From Phoronis australis (lineage: Eukaryota; Animalia; Phoronida): 64,000 bases of DNA. Position numbers and translations under genes: made by a program. The stretch's first letter is position 1. Each line of letters begins with the position of its first letter. Positions 1 to 11,083 of the stretch are shown in pieces. The notes below the pieces were generated by a model. It was given only the letters and a program-made list of their open reading frames with translations. It had not been told where the DNA came from and made no database searches. Location of the stretch: the NCBI GenBank assembly GCA_002633005.1, contig NMRA01000732.1, forward strand, positions 62,001-126,000. The letters run 5' to 3'.

Positions 1-921
1 TCTGGGAAAGGGCATGACTGATTAATTAATTTATGGGAAGCCGTAATTAACTGAAAAATATGTGTGGGATAATCAATGAACAGTATTTTTACTAAACATG
101 ACATGCAAAAAAGTAGCTTTCTTCTTTAAAAAAAAAAATTGTAATCAACAAAACTTGACAATTAAAGAAAGTTTTGAGGACTGTTACATGAATTTTGTGT
201 CTAGATAAAATTTAACAAAGTGTCATCATCATGATGTTGGTTGTTAGTGTTACGAATGAATATTTAGACATTGTGCAGTAAAAAATAATTACAAAGTACA
301 TGTTATCGCCATCTATTGTGGTTATACAAGACCACTAGTAGCAGAAGTCGTATACAATTTGTATTTATCACTACTGTGAAATTTGTTAATGCTTTGAGAA
401 ATTAAATAACTAGTGGAGGTACTCATATTCAAGTGTATTGTTGAAAAATCAAACATCAAGGTAAGTTCTTTGCATTACAATGCCTGCTATCCGTGACTCT
501 GCTCGTCTCCAAATCACAAGCCTGAAGCAGACAAAATCTTCTCAATATGATTTAGTTTTGTAAAATGAGCCCAGCAATATTATAAAATACCAACTTATGG
601 ACAGATACATTGGTAATGAAGTAGTCTTTGACTCTTGCCATAATATAAATGGTTTAAATATACTTCAACTCTACCTTATTAATGGCACTGAACTGCACTG
701 GTTTCAGCAGCTTAATGTTGCGTGGTCATGTGATCATATAATGACAGCATCTGGATTTTGGTGCGTGCATAGGTCCATAGGAAATAAGGACGACAAGTTT
801 GAACGTAGATGTTCTGTGATTTTAATACAGAATGTTTCGATTGTTGAACTTCACAGCAGACGATGTGAATGTTGAGGAATAAATGTACATGCCAGAAAAC
901 TATAATATTTGTGATAAGTGG

Positions 922-1068
922 GTCCCTGACTTAAAACTGACATGAGAACCAGTTACTCTCACTGAATAACACCTGTTACTCAGTGAGAGTATCTGGTTCT
1001 CATATCACTTTTAATTCAGGGACATCTGTTATTCAGTGAGAGTAACTGGTTCTTATATCACTTTTAAA
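922..1068. repeat. Short foldback palindrome (~50-bp arms, 922-1023) plus an extra copy of the right arm (to 1068); MITE-like
   Basis: GTCCCTGACTTAAAACTGACATGAGAACCAGTTACTCTCACTGAATAACA is followed by its near-perfect reverse complement ending ...TTAATTCAGGGAC. The right arm is repeated again at 1027-1068. Confidence 0.7.
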
Positions 1069-1224
1069 CCTGCGACCCGCCTATGCGATAACCACAGATT
1101 TAGGCAATTACATCGCCAGGTGTATAGGGATACAGGGGCGATAATACACACCCATAAAAAGTTACTCATCTCAAAAGTACAGCACATAAAACTGAGTGAA
1201 ACATACATGTATATATACACAAAT

Positions 1225-1760
1225 GAAGTTATAATTAACACATAGTATGATTTTGGAGACACTTCACAAAACATATATGATCCATGAAAATCTGTCCCAG
1301 TTCGCTAGAGCTTTCCTCACTGGATGCCATTTTGAGAAAGTTATGTGAAACCATGCCTGTTGACGAACAAAAAGTCTTAGGGACACAAAACTTACAAATT
1401 CCACTTGATGTCTTTCTATGCTATTTTTAGTTGAAATCCTTTGTGGTTATTGCAAGCGGTGAAAAAGTTAATGGCGACCAAAAAAGTAGAATTGGAATTC
1501 TTCACCAAAGTTGTCTTAATTCCCGTAGACATGCTTCATCAAAGATATGCACAGAACCAGAAAGGATTGCCCAAGAGTGTATTACTAGGCACTTTTTTAA
1601 GAAACAATTTTAATGGAAAGTGAATTTTGACGAGGTGAAAACCTCTCATTTGGTGAGCGGATTTCGCCTTCCGCTTAAACTACACGGGATGAAATTAGTA
1701 CAGAAAGAGATGGAGAGTATTGTAGCCCCTAGACAGCCAGCCGAAGGACTATGTGTTGCC
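1225..1760 (-). repeat. Dispersed ~600-650 bp repeat family 'B', copy 1 (continues after the insertion at 2364-2400)
   Basis: Reverse-complement similarity to 41245-41860 and 44425-45110, e.g. GGGACACAAAACTTACAAATTCCAC vs GTGAAATTTGTAAGATTTGTGTCCC. Confidence 0.75.
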
Positions 1761-2363
1761 TAGACAGTGACCACTATCTCTAGCTGGTTCAGTAGAGACG
1801 GTGTAGCTCCTATAGGAGCTTCGTATGCTGGAAGTTTTTCAGTGTATTATGCCTCACACTGACTAAAACATCAAAGTCACACTATTATAAATACCTTTTG
1901 CATATATAGGAATACCTTAGGAGGCCATCGATGTATTTAATTACTTCCAATTCCAACAAATACTCCCATTATCAAACTTTTTCAACGACCAGTCCTTCGT
2001 TCAGTTACCAAAATTGGTAACTGGCCATTTTTACGCTGTGCACGCCAGGGAACACGTCATACGGTTTACCACCTGGCACTTGCAGTGTTAAATATGGCCA
2101 GTTTTCAACTTTGGGAACTGAACGAAGGACTGCTCGAAGAAAAGTTTGATAACGGGAGTATTTGTTCGAGTTGGGAAGAATTTAAGACATCAACGGCCTC
2201 CTAAAGTGTCTCTATGTGCAAAAGGTACTTATATTATAACAGCATGACTTTGATTTTTTAATCAGTGTGAGGCCTAATTCGTCAAAAAGCTTCCAGTATA
2301 TGAAACTCCTATAGGAGCTTCACCGTCTCTACTGAGCCAGCTAGAGACAGTGGTCACTGTCTA
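1761..2363. mobile_element. Non-autonomous foldback DNA transposon: ~275-bp TIRs, TAG...CTA termini, 9-bp TSD (AcademH-like or MULE-like)
   Basis: Termini TAGACAGTGACCACT...AGTGGTCACTGTCTA. Flanks are TGTGTTGCC (1752-1760) and CGTGTTGCC (2364-2372). Paralogous empty sites with a single GGCAACACA occur at 41267-41275 and 44497-44505. Confidence 0.85.
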
Positions 2364-3197
2364 CGTGTTGCCTACCATTGACACTGAACCAGTACCAACG
2401 ATTTTGAATTGGAGTGTCCTCTAACATTGAATACAGGCAACACTGTCGTGTGTTTAATCAATTGCCATTTTAAAAAGTGAAACAGTGGATGTAAAAGCCG
2501 AAACTAGACAAGTCAATGGACAAGGGCATCAGGTAAACCTGNAGCGTGCACAACACAAGAGGAGGCTCAGCAAAGGCAGCCCTACGGTAACACATTACCT
2601 AGGTGTGCACATGCACGGTGCTATTTGGGATTGTACTTGGGGCAAGTGAATTCGTTGTTCGGGCAAGTAAAAATTTCAACTACTTGCCCGAAGTGGCTTA
2701 AAAAGTTAATGTTGAGCCCTGTTACCACCTGACACTTGCAGTGTTAAATATGGCCAGTTTTCAATTTTGGGAACTGAACGAAGGACTGCTCGAAGAAAAG
2801 TTTGATAACGGGACTATTTGTTCGAGTTGGGAAGAATTTAAGACATCAACGGCCTCCTAAAGTGTCTCTATGTGCAAAAGGTACTTATATTATAACAGCA
2901 TGCCTTTGATTTTTTAATCAGTGTGAGGCCTAATTCGCCAAAAAGCTTCCAGTATATGAAGCTCCTATAGGAGCTTCACCGTCTCTACTGAGCCAGCTAG
3001 AGACAGTGGTCACTGTCTACGTGTTGCCTACCATTGACACTGAACCAGTACCAACGATTTTGAATTGGAGTGTCCTCTAACATTGAATACAGGCAACACT
3101 GTCGTGTGTTTAATCAATTGCCATTTTAAAAAGTGAAACAGTGGATGTAAAAGCCGAAACTAGACAAGTCAATGGACAAGGGCATCAGGTAAACCTG
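2068..3197. repeat. ~475-bp near-identical direct duplication (2068-2540 / 2724-3197) flanking a single N; probable haplotype or assembly duplication
   Basis: The two blocks are almost base-identical and are separated by an 'n' at 2542 plus a short MITE fragment. Confidence 0.75.
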
Positions 3198-5022
3198 AAA
3201 CTTGTGACTTAGGCCGGTCCAAGGAGGGTGGGCACCTGGCCTGTCATGAAAACAGTTAACAATATTATAAAACCTACACTTACCGCCTTTAAAGCTGCTA
3301 ATCTGTCTTTCGTCATTATGCTGACATGAGCTGACAGCTTAGGCTAACCTTGACTAACAAACTTTCCGTATTTGAGGCGAGGTTGGCCAGAAGAATTGAA
3401 TAAAAATACATAGAAAAAAATCAATACATTGGTATATACTCCCTATCACATCAGTTGTGCGTGCGCATTGAAAACTTCCGCCTACGTCACACTATTTAAA
3501 ATTATTTCGATTACAGTCACATTTCACTAGAATTTTTATAATATATGCCAAATTAAATACTTCAATAAGCAGCTATTCAGTTTCATATTTCACGCACTTT
3601 TCTGGCAGAAATAACTCTGGGGATTTATCTCGCTGGTTCTCTGCGTGCCGCTAGGTGGTGCGGTAGCCGCGCCAGCACGTGTGCTGGCTGGGCTGAGTAA
3701 TGAGATAAATATATAGCTCATTGGGGCTGAGCGCGCAGGGAACCAGCGACCAGCGAGGGGATTTATCAACGTTCGCAGTTAGGGTTTTGTCAAAAACAGA
3801 CGTGGCTTGCAAATGACGAAAAAACTGAAACAGCACAGGGCCTAGCCAGCTTGTCAACATCATTTCACTAAATAATTTGACCTGTTTGTCATTATTTATA
3901 AAATATTGGTTGGCTAAAGTATCTCCACAACAGTGAAACCCTTATATCCAGTTGCATAAAACTTTAAAATTATCCGTTGGATAAATTTGGTTGTTGCGTG
4001 ACGTTATGTGCATTGTTCAACAATAACAACGTGGGGCCTGATAATGCGAGGTAATTGTTGATATGTATCGTATTGGTTGTCACCAGTGGCGCACAGCTCA
4101 CCATACGCGTGCGAACAATGCACTTTGGAGGCCAAACCCCGTGCAGGAAGCCACCAGAAACCTAGTATTAAGGCTTCAAGAAAATCTTAAGGACCGTTTT
4201 TCACGGTACGCGGTTAAGGTAGAATTTTGATCTTGAATTTCACTTAGCATTATGATTCCAAAGAGCTGCACTGTTGAAAACATTCTTTAGGAAGAAACTT
4301 CTACAGTAGGTTGCGAAGTACGAAGAAAGACGAGAAACATCATCGTCTAGGAAATTGGAGTGAATAGATAGGACATCGTGTCGCAAAATATGGTTATAGT
4401 TTCGCCTACTTCCTAAGGTCAAGATTAATTTTATTAGGCTTCAGATTGTCAAAGTTCATTTTAGGTCATCCTTTGAAAGTATAGTTTCGGGCCCCTAAGG
4501 GGTTGTTTCAAAATTCCTTATTAAAATTGGGAACTCGGGTTTAAAGTGGATCCCACCCTCATGGGGAAAGGCGAATGATACTGATTTACCCGAATTTCAT
4601 CATCCGACTTCAAATTCATCGAAACATCAACTTCACAGAGGGTTATTTCAGATTGGCAAAAATCACCTAGTGCACGTTGCTGTTTGAGGTAGGATGACAA
4701 AAAACCTGGCAGACCAGGTCGAAACGTCTGCAAACAACCCACCACGTCTCAAAGTAAGTGATCATCTTATATACTACAATGCCTCTAGAGACCAATGACG
4801 AACCTATTCTCCAGAGGTTCTCGAATTTTCGCCTGCATAATGTTCACTACGGCATCATTAAATCCGTTCATTATCATATAATATATAATAGTAAAATCGT
4901 CTATGAATGAGTCGATTTTGTAGGCACATTAACATATAAATCAGAACCCTTGCAAGTTATCAGAGGAAGCCGGCTAACCTTGGCATGTTACAGGCCATCA
5001 CATGGTAACATAACATATAACA

Positions 5023-6235
5023 TAACACGAGCAACGCGGAGCGTCGAAATGCGCCCACGAAAACGGCGTGCTTCTAGGCCGGTGCTTATTTGTGTCATGA
5101 AAATGGCCTCTAGATGGTGCTAAATATTTCGAATCCTTCCAAAAATGTCACTGTTTCTTTAACAGAAAGCTATTTACATTTCATGAAAATCTGTCGAGGA
5201 ACTCCAGAAAAACACAGGAAAACTGAAAATATGAAATTGCCACTAGGAGGCACAGCGTTCGTCCGATCCGTCTGAAAGTCTTTGTCTTCCGTTGTCAACT
5301 TCATATAAATACGTAAATGATAATATCGATCCAGCAGATGGCTTAGGAGATATTGCTATGGGCGTAAAAACACTGCCACCAGGAGGCGCCACAGTAATCG
5401 AAGTCGTTGGAAAATCATCGCCAACCGTCCTCTTCACACTAAGAACATATAAGCCACAATCTTCCTAAGAGTAGTTTGGTTGACAGAGGGCGGAGGCCAA
5501 AAACTGACTAGACAGTCCGAAAACGGAAAAATGTCATCGCTTCTGTAACACAAAGCTATTTACCAAATTTCATGAAAATCTAGCTGTCAAGGAACTTCAG
5601 AGAAATAGAAGAAAACGGAAAAAAATTAAATTGCCACTAGGAGGCGCATGTAGTGTTCTTTGGATCCATCTGAAAGTCGTCGTCTTCCGCAGTCAACTTC
5701 AAAAAAAATACACGAGCTAAATTTAATAAAGATCCTGCAGAGGGCTTAGGAGATACACAAAAAATGCCACTAGGAGGCGCCACAGTAATCGAAGTCGTCA
5801 GACTCGGAATCGTCACTACGTCCTCTTCATAGTAAGAACATACTAGTACATGCCAATTTTCACCGTTCCTTAGGCTTAGAGTGGTTTAGTTGATAGAGGG
5901 CGGACGCCGAAAAATAGTAAAAATGGCGCAAAATGCCTCGAATCCATTCCAAAACTGAAGGAGTAGCGTCATCTCATTAATCATAGATGCCTATGTAGGC
6001 CTAAGTGCCAAAGTCGGCTGACTGAGGACCTTTGAATATGCAGAGGGAAACGTAAAAAACTAAAATTGCCACTACGGGTCACAGCGGTATTCGGGTCAGT
6101 CCGAAACTCGTCGCCCCGTCTTCAACCCTATGGGAACGTGAGTGACACCTGCCAAATTTCAATAAGATCCTACAAGGGGTTTAGGAGATATAGCCGCGGA
6201 CCCCTGGACGCCCAGCTATAAGAACATACATGGCA
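5023..6235 (+). mobile_element. Helentron/HINE-like family 1 copy (3'-truncated) with internal ~150-bp subrepeats
   Basis: Starts AACACGAGCAACGCGGAGCGTCGAAATGCGCCCACGAA, as in the copies at 31139 and 34764. Repeated GCCACTAGGAGGCG subunits follow. Confidence 0.8.
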
Positions 6236-6761
6236 TTTTTAGTAACTGCAGCTTCTTAGTTGAAATTGTTTTTTTTTCAAATATGTAGTTTACAATACAG
6301 AATTTTAGGCAATTCGGCCAAAGGACTGCGTGCTGACACGTTCTTGGCAGGCAACCAAGAGCCCATCGAGAAACAAGCCATTCACCGAGGAATTTGAGAG
6401 GTCCTTTATCAAAAATGTTACGAATTTATTTGTGTTAACGTGAATTTAGTCTTTATCATTCTAGTGGTAGACCTGTCACGGATTTTGAGCTCTACTTCCA
6501 CCACAAAACAAAGACTTTGTTGACGATTTTCAGTGCAAGCACCACTTTGTTAGTAATGTACTCTGTGAGCGTCATCAAACAACTATGCGTCTCCCAACAG
6601 TCCTTAGGTACAAACTAGCCACAATAGATGAAATATATAACAAGTGACGTACTATTAAAAAAACAGGAAAAAGAGAGCGAGAGGTCCTTTCCCAAAGAAG
6701 GGTCCACGGAGAAATAGCCCTGTATTGCTCAAGAAAAAACTATGACTTTCCGAAGCATTAA

Positions 6762-7562
6762 TGAATGATGTATGACCTAAAATTTAGCCAAATCCATGAT
6801 TATTTTGTGTCATTAACTCGAAATTTTGATTTCTCTTTCAATTTTGCCAATTTTCACATTTCCCGCCATGTGACATCATGGGTTGAACACAAGAGATCAG
6901 CGACTAGCATTGAACGGCGGAGAGTAGGGAATTTGTAAGCAACAACGATTATGAGCAAGAAATGAACAAATACTATGAAGAAACGTACGAGAATGGTGGC
7001 CAGGATGACGAAATGGGGTTGCACGAAAGCGAGAACGAGTTTGATATGTTTTCAGCTGCGTACTTTTCTACTTTGAGGCCTTACGAACTGGATCCTCACG
7101 CGAGAGAAGCGGCCTTGGGCTCGGCCAGTCAACCCAGTCATCCAACAGACGATCCTGAATAAAGAGCCGACGTTTCTGAATAGTAAATATTGTCTTTTAT
7201 TGAACCAGGCCTTCATCGTAACATCTCCTCTGATTGGANTACTGCGCAACTTTGGCGTCCTTCGGAACACCGAGACGTTCTCCGTCTGACTGCTGTTGCT
7301 GTAGCCTCCGCAAACGCATCTTTTCATCTCTCTACGAACCTTCTCGACGCTAAATATACTTTACTTTCACTTAACCCTATACACTTGGTTGCTGATCCGA
7401 AAAGTGTGCCGAACGACTTGGGTTCAATCCATGACGTTGTACATAATTTTTTTTTTCAATTTTTACGTGTTTCTTTATGAGCTGTGCACTAAAGGCACTG
7501 AAATCAAGTAAGATATAATAATAAAATTTATTTTGAGGTACTAGAGTCATGTTGCGTACACT
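6762..7562. mobile_element. Internally deleted Kolobok-like element: KolX-like first exon (+, ~6962-7182) facing a THAP start (-, from 7327)
   Basis: The plus strand gives an acidic peptide with LRPYELDP ending at a GTAAAT donor. The minus strand gives MKRCVCGG.SNS...F(P)KD, a THAP N-terminus. The right end TACACT|TTAA matches that of the 20.3-24.9 kb element. An inverted subterminal motif sits at ~6872-6894 and ~7418-7440. The left terminus is degenerate. Confidence 0.6.
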
Positions 7563-7830
7563 TTAAAACCCTTGCCACCCCGTGGTAGATTGGGCCTCTG
7601 TGACCGAACGCCATCGAATCCTGTCGTTCGGCAACTGTCTCACCTGTCTTATTTGCTGCATGTTGTATCCGATTTTACGAAGTTCGGCTTCCATTGTTCT
7701 CCTCCAGGTTTGGACTGGTTTGTCTGGTCCACGACTTCCCTTTTTGTGATGTTTCGTCGGGTTTTCTGAGGGTGTGTCCAACCCACCTCCATTTTCGCCG
7801 CTTTATCCGAGTCTCTATCTTCGAGTTTTT
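7563..7830 (-). mobile_element. 3' end of an RTE-clade LINE reverse-transcriptase ORF (5'-truncated, frameshifted)
   Basis: Translates RRKWRWVGHTLRKP...KP.QTWRRTMEAEL...NDRIRWRSVTEA*, the typical RTE C-terminal signature (WxGHxLR, TWRR, DRxxWR). Confidence 0.85.
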
Positions 7831-8486
7831 CGCCAAATCTCTTCATTTATGTATTTCATGTACATATGAATAACAGCATGTTTTGAAATGAGCTTGGACG
7901 ACCCAGAATCATAAAAAACTGGGAACCCTCTAACCAAATGTCTTAGCCAGAGTCCCCTAAATTCAGCACTCAACATTTGTAGTCTAACAATAGCGTTTAG
8001 TATGTGTTTTGGCACGAAAGAAAAAATAATGCGGTACGTGAAAGAACAATTTGAGATAAGGAATGGTATTTGGCGTGATTTGAAGCACCTGAATAGCGGT
8101 TAAAATTTTCTGACAATACATTCTCAATTCAAAAGAAAGGGTGACCTAGCGTGTAAAGAAATTTTCAGCGTGTGAAATGTATTTTTTACTGTATGTCTTG
8201 AAGCGTCAGCAACAAACCATGCAACCCGAGTATACTAAAAGTGCAAGCCGACTCCCAATGAGCGACCTATTGTAGGTGGCGGTGGTAGGAGAGTAGTGCA
8301 ACCCTTGACAAACCCCCCAGATCCGACATGAGCTACACTATTTAAAAATCACCAATGCTTTGGGATGTGTGTATTTCAAGTGCCTTGTATATGCGTTTTT
8401 GTAGTACCTTGACGGTTACGTCCTATTGCCACTGGTAATTTACACAGAACGGATGACGCAAAGGACAGGAATGTCTGCGTTAAGTT

Positions 8487-9827
8487 CTAATCGTCTTGAT
8501 CGCCGTAGCCTTCACGAACAGTTATATCAATTCCTTCTTGTCGCCATTTGGTCGGGATTAGCTCTTTCTCTTGGCCCTCAAGACGTTCTAGTTTAAAGGA
8601 GCCCTTTAATGAATAACTTGCTATGATTGTTTCCAGCGCTTTGTTACCTGGAGTCCCTAAACGAACCTGTTCCTTGAGGGAGGTCTCCGCCGGCGATCGT
8701 TCTTTATTGGCTGCCACCTGTTTTTCGGCCTTATTGACCTGGGCGAACACGTCTTCACTTGAGCCATCACCAAAGAGTTCACTGTCTTCCTTCCTTTCTT
8801 CGAGGAATGTCTTATGAAGTAACGCGGTGTACAAGAGGTTGTAGTTGACGAATTCCGCAGACCAGTTGGTAAAACAGAGAATCAAGAGTTCGGAACTTCT
8901 GTGGATAACCATGTGAATATACCAAAGCCAAAAGTTGGGTTCGTCCTCGTCCCTCACCACGAATTTTGGTCGTAGTTCAATGATTATGGCTCTTTTCGCA
9001 AACATATGCACTATTCCCGCGCAGTATGTCAGGTACGCCATGCCGTTCAAGACCATATGCAGAGCAAACCATCCTAACTGTTTGGCTACAATAGACTTCG
9101 ACAAGGGATATTGTCCACCCTCTTCCACCATAAGAGGAGCCATCGATGGTGTCGGATTTAGTGCGTTCTTGATGATGCTGCGGCGTTTCAGCATTCGATA
9201 GGCCTGGCAAAAGAACAGGCACGCTATGCCAAAAAAGATGATCAATACAACCGACTGGTAAGACATGGAAAACCTTCCGTGAGTTCCATGCGACTTTTTA
9301 CCGTTTACTAGCTTGCCTGCTGTCTTCTCGAACATGTTCATGATGTCGCCTACAATGCAGAACGTGATGAGGAAGAGCATAGAGAATACAACGAACAAGT
9401 GTTTCGGCTCCAACAGTGGTCTGGCGCGCGCGTAGATCATAGCCACTTCTGCGGAGAACATAATCAACATCAAGGAGCCACCGACCATGAAGGGAAAGGT
9501 GGAGACCCAAGTCAACCGTAACCACTCCACCTCACCAGTGTCAACTCTGGTAAGGTAGGGGTTCATATAAAGGATAAGAGTTTTTGCAAAGCAAACCCAC
9601 ATACTGGCACAACGGATCAAGTTGGGATAGTTTCTGAAGGAGACTCGTGTGCGCAGGTCCAACAGCCGTTGATTCTCATACACGTTTCTTGTCTTGAATA
9701 CCCGCCAAGCTAGTATGAGGATTCCTATTAAGAACATGGACGGGAAGAGGTAGATATGCAGAGTCCACCAGCCGCCCAGAGTCTTCTCAATGTAATCGAA
9801 CACGTTGACTTGGGAGTCATTGTACAT
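8487..9827 (-). CDS. Intronless 7-TM protein of the PRRT3/PRRT4 (proline-rich transmembrane protein 3/4) family, 446 aa
   Basis: Longest true ORF in the window, with seven hydrophobic segments. Family-like motifs are W.LHIY (TM1), LYMNPY (TM2), TFPF (TM3) and FWLWY...HRSSEL (TM7). The C-tail is charged and cytoplasmic-looking. An in-frame TGA lies just upstream of the ATG. Confidence 0.8.
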   Translation of the reverse strand: MYNDSQVNVFDYIEKTLGGWWTLHIYLFPSMFLIGILILAWRVFKTRNVYENQRLLDLRTRVSFRNYPNLIRCASMWVCFAKTLILYMNPYLTRVDTGEVEWLRLTWVSTFPFMVGGSLMLIMFSAEVAMIYARARPLLEPKHLFVVFSMLFLITFCIVGDIMNMFEKTAGKLVNGKKSHGTHGRFSMSYQSVVLIIFFGIACLFFCQAYRMLKRRSIIKNALNPTPSMAPLMVEEGGQYPLSKSIVAKQLGWFALHMVLNGMAYLTYCAGIVHMFAKRAIIIELRPKFVVRDEDEPNFWLWYIHMVIHRSSELLILCFTNWSAEFVNYNLLYTALLHKTFLEERKEDSELFGDGSSEDVFAQVNKAEKQVAANKERSPAETSLKEQVRLGTPGNKALETIIASYSLKGSFKLERLEGQEKELIPTKWRQEGIDITVREGYGDQDD

Positions 9828-11083
9828 ATTGTGGGGTCAACACGTCTAACACTTCCTATCAGTTGTCCCTTGTCGATGACGTACCATTTGCGTGGGATTT
9901 ACATCACCATGATTAAGTGACCATTTTATTGTGACGCGCATTTGAAAAATTCCACATTACGCGTTTCTTGGTATTCAAGCATATTGCTATTAATTCAACG
10001 CACGCGGCAGGGTTTCCTGCTCATAATTTCCATACACATTTACGAACAAATAACAATAATCAAGTTAAATAATCTAAATCATTCAGAAGACGGTCGTGCT
10101 CACACGTGCTGATTGCGGCTAAACAGATATGTCAAACATGGAGTTTTCGAAAAATTTGCAATGCATCCCCACTTTCTGCACGACGCATACATAGATTAAA
10201 GTAAAAAATCACAAATTCTATTCCCTTTTCATCTTCACATTTGTTCACAGTCCAATTTTAATAACGCCACGTGAAAAGTCCGCTGCTAAAATGGAAATTA
10301 GTTCAATATTCTATTGTCCCACTTGTTGACAACCTCGTCGACTTTTACTGCACGCGGAGCCAGCACTTCAACCAAATTAAATCGCTCAGAGAATTATGTA
10401 TTTTCGCATTCAGAATGAAAGATTGTGGTCTACAACAAAAGCACAGTGGACCTAAGATACCAGTAAACCATGTCAAACCCATTATTACATACTAATAAGC
10501 GTTCATCCAAAATTCACCATTTTTACCCTCCCCCTACCACCGCCTTTGTCATCACCTACCCTTGTCCAGCCTCTAATCAGTACATCACAAGCAAACCCCC
10601 GTTTTTGAAAGAACCGACAGTTCCTTGGGAGATTCCGTCTTCATGATTCTGACAAAAATCTTTTTACAATCAAAATTGCTTTTGCTGTATTCAGTAAATG
10701 AAATGTAGTACATCATTTCAACTATCTAACTGTATAGTGATATAGTCTAACAAGTCACGATATGATGCCACCTGTCATAAATCGCCATCTTTCCACCCCC
10801 TCCCGCTCGAGTGATGACGTAATTTGAGAATACTCCCTACTGTGACCACAACTGGATGCCATCGACTATCAGGGCCACCAGTCATCTAGTTCTTTGTCAA
10901 TGTTGGGCACGCTCAATACACTCAGTTACCGGTTTGCTAAATACAAAGGCTACAAATGCACCAGGAACGAAGATTGGTGATATACGACCATAGTGTGCAT
11001 CCCAAACAGTCAACACAAGAGGGTGTTCATTTTTCAAATATTTCCACGGCTGTCTGAATCATTCGTTAATCTACTTCAGTAAG

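Noticed and set aside
597-875. 92-aa ORF at the window start
   Set aside because: No recognisable motif, and the length is compatible with chance.
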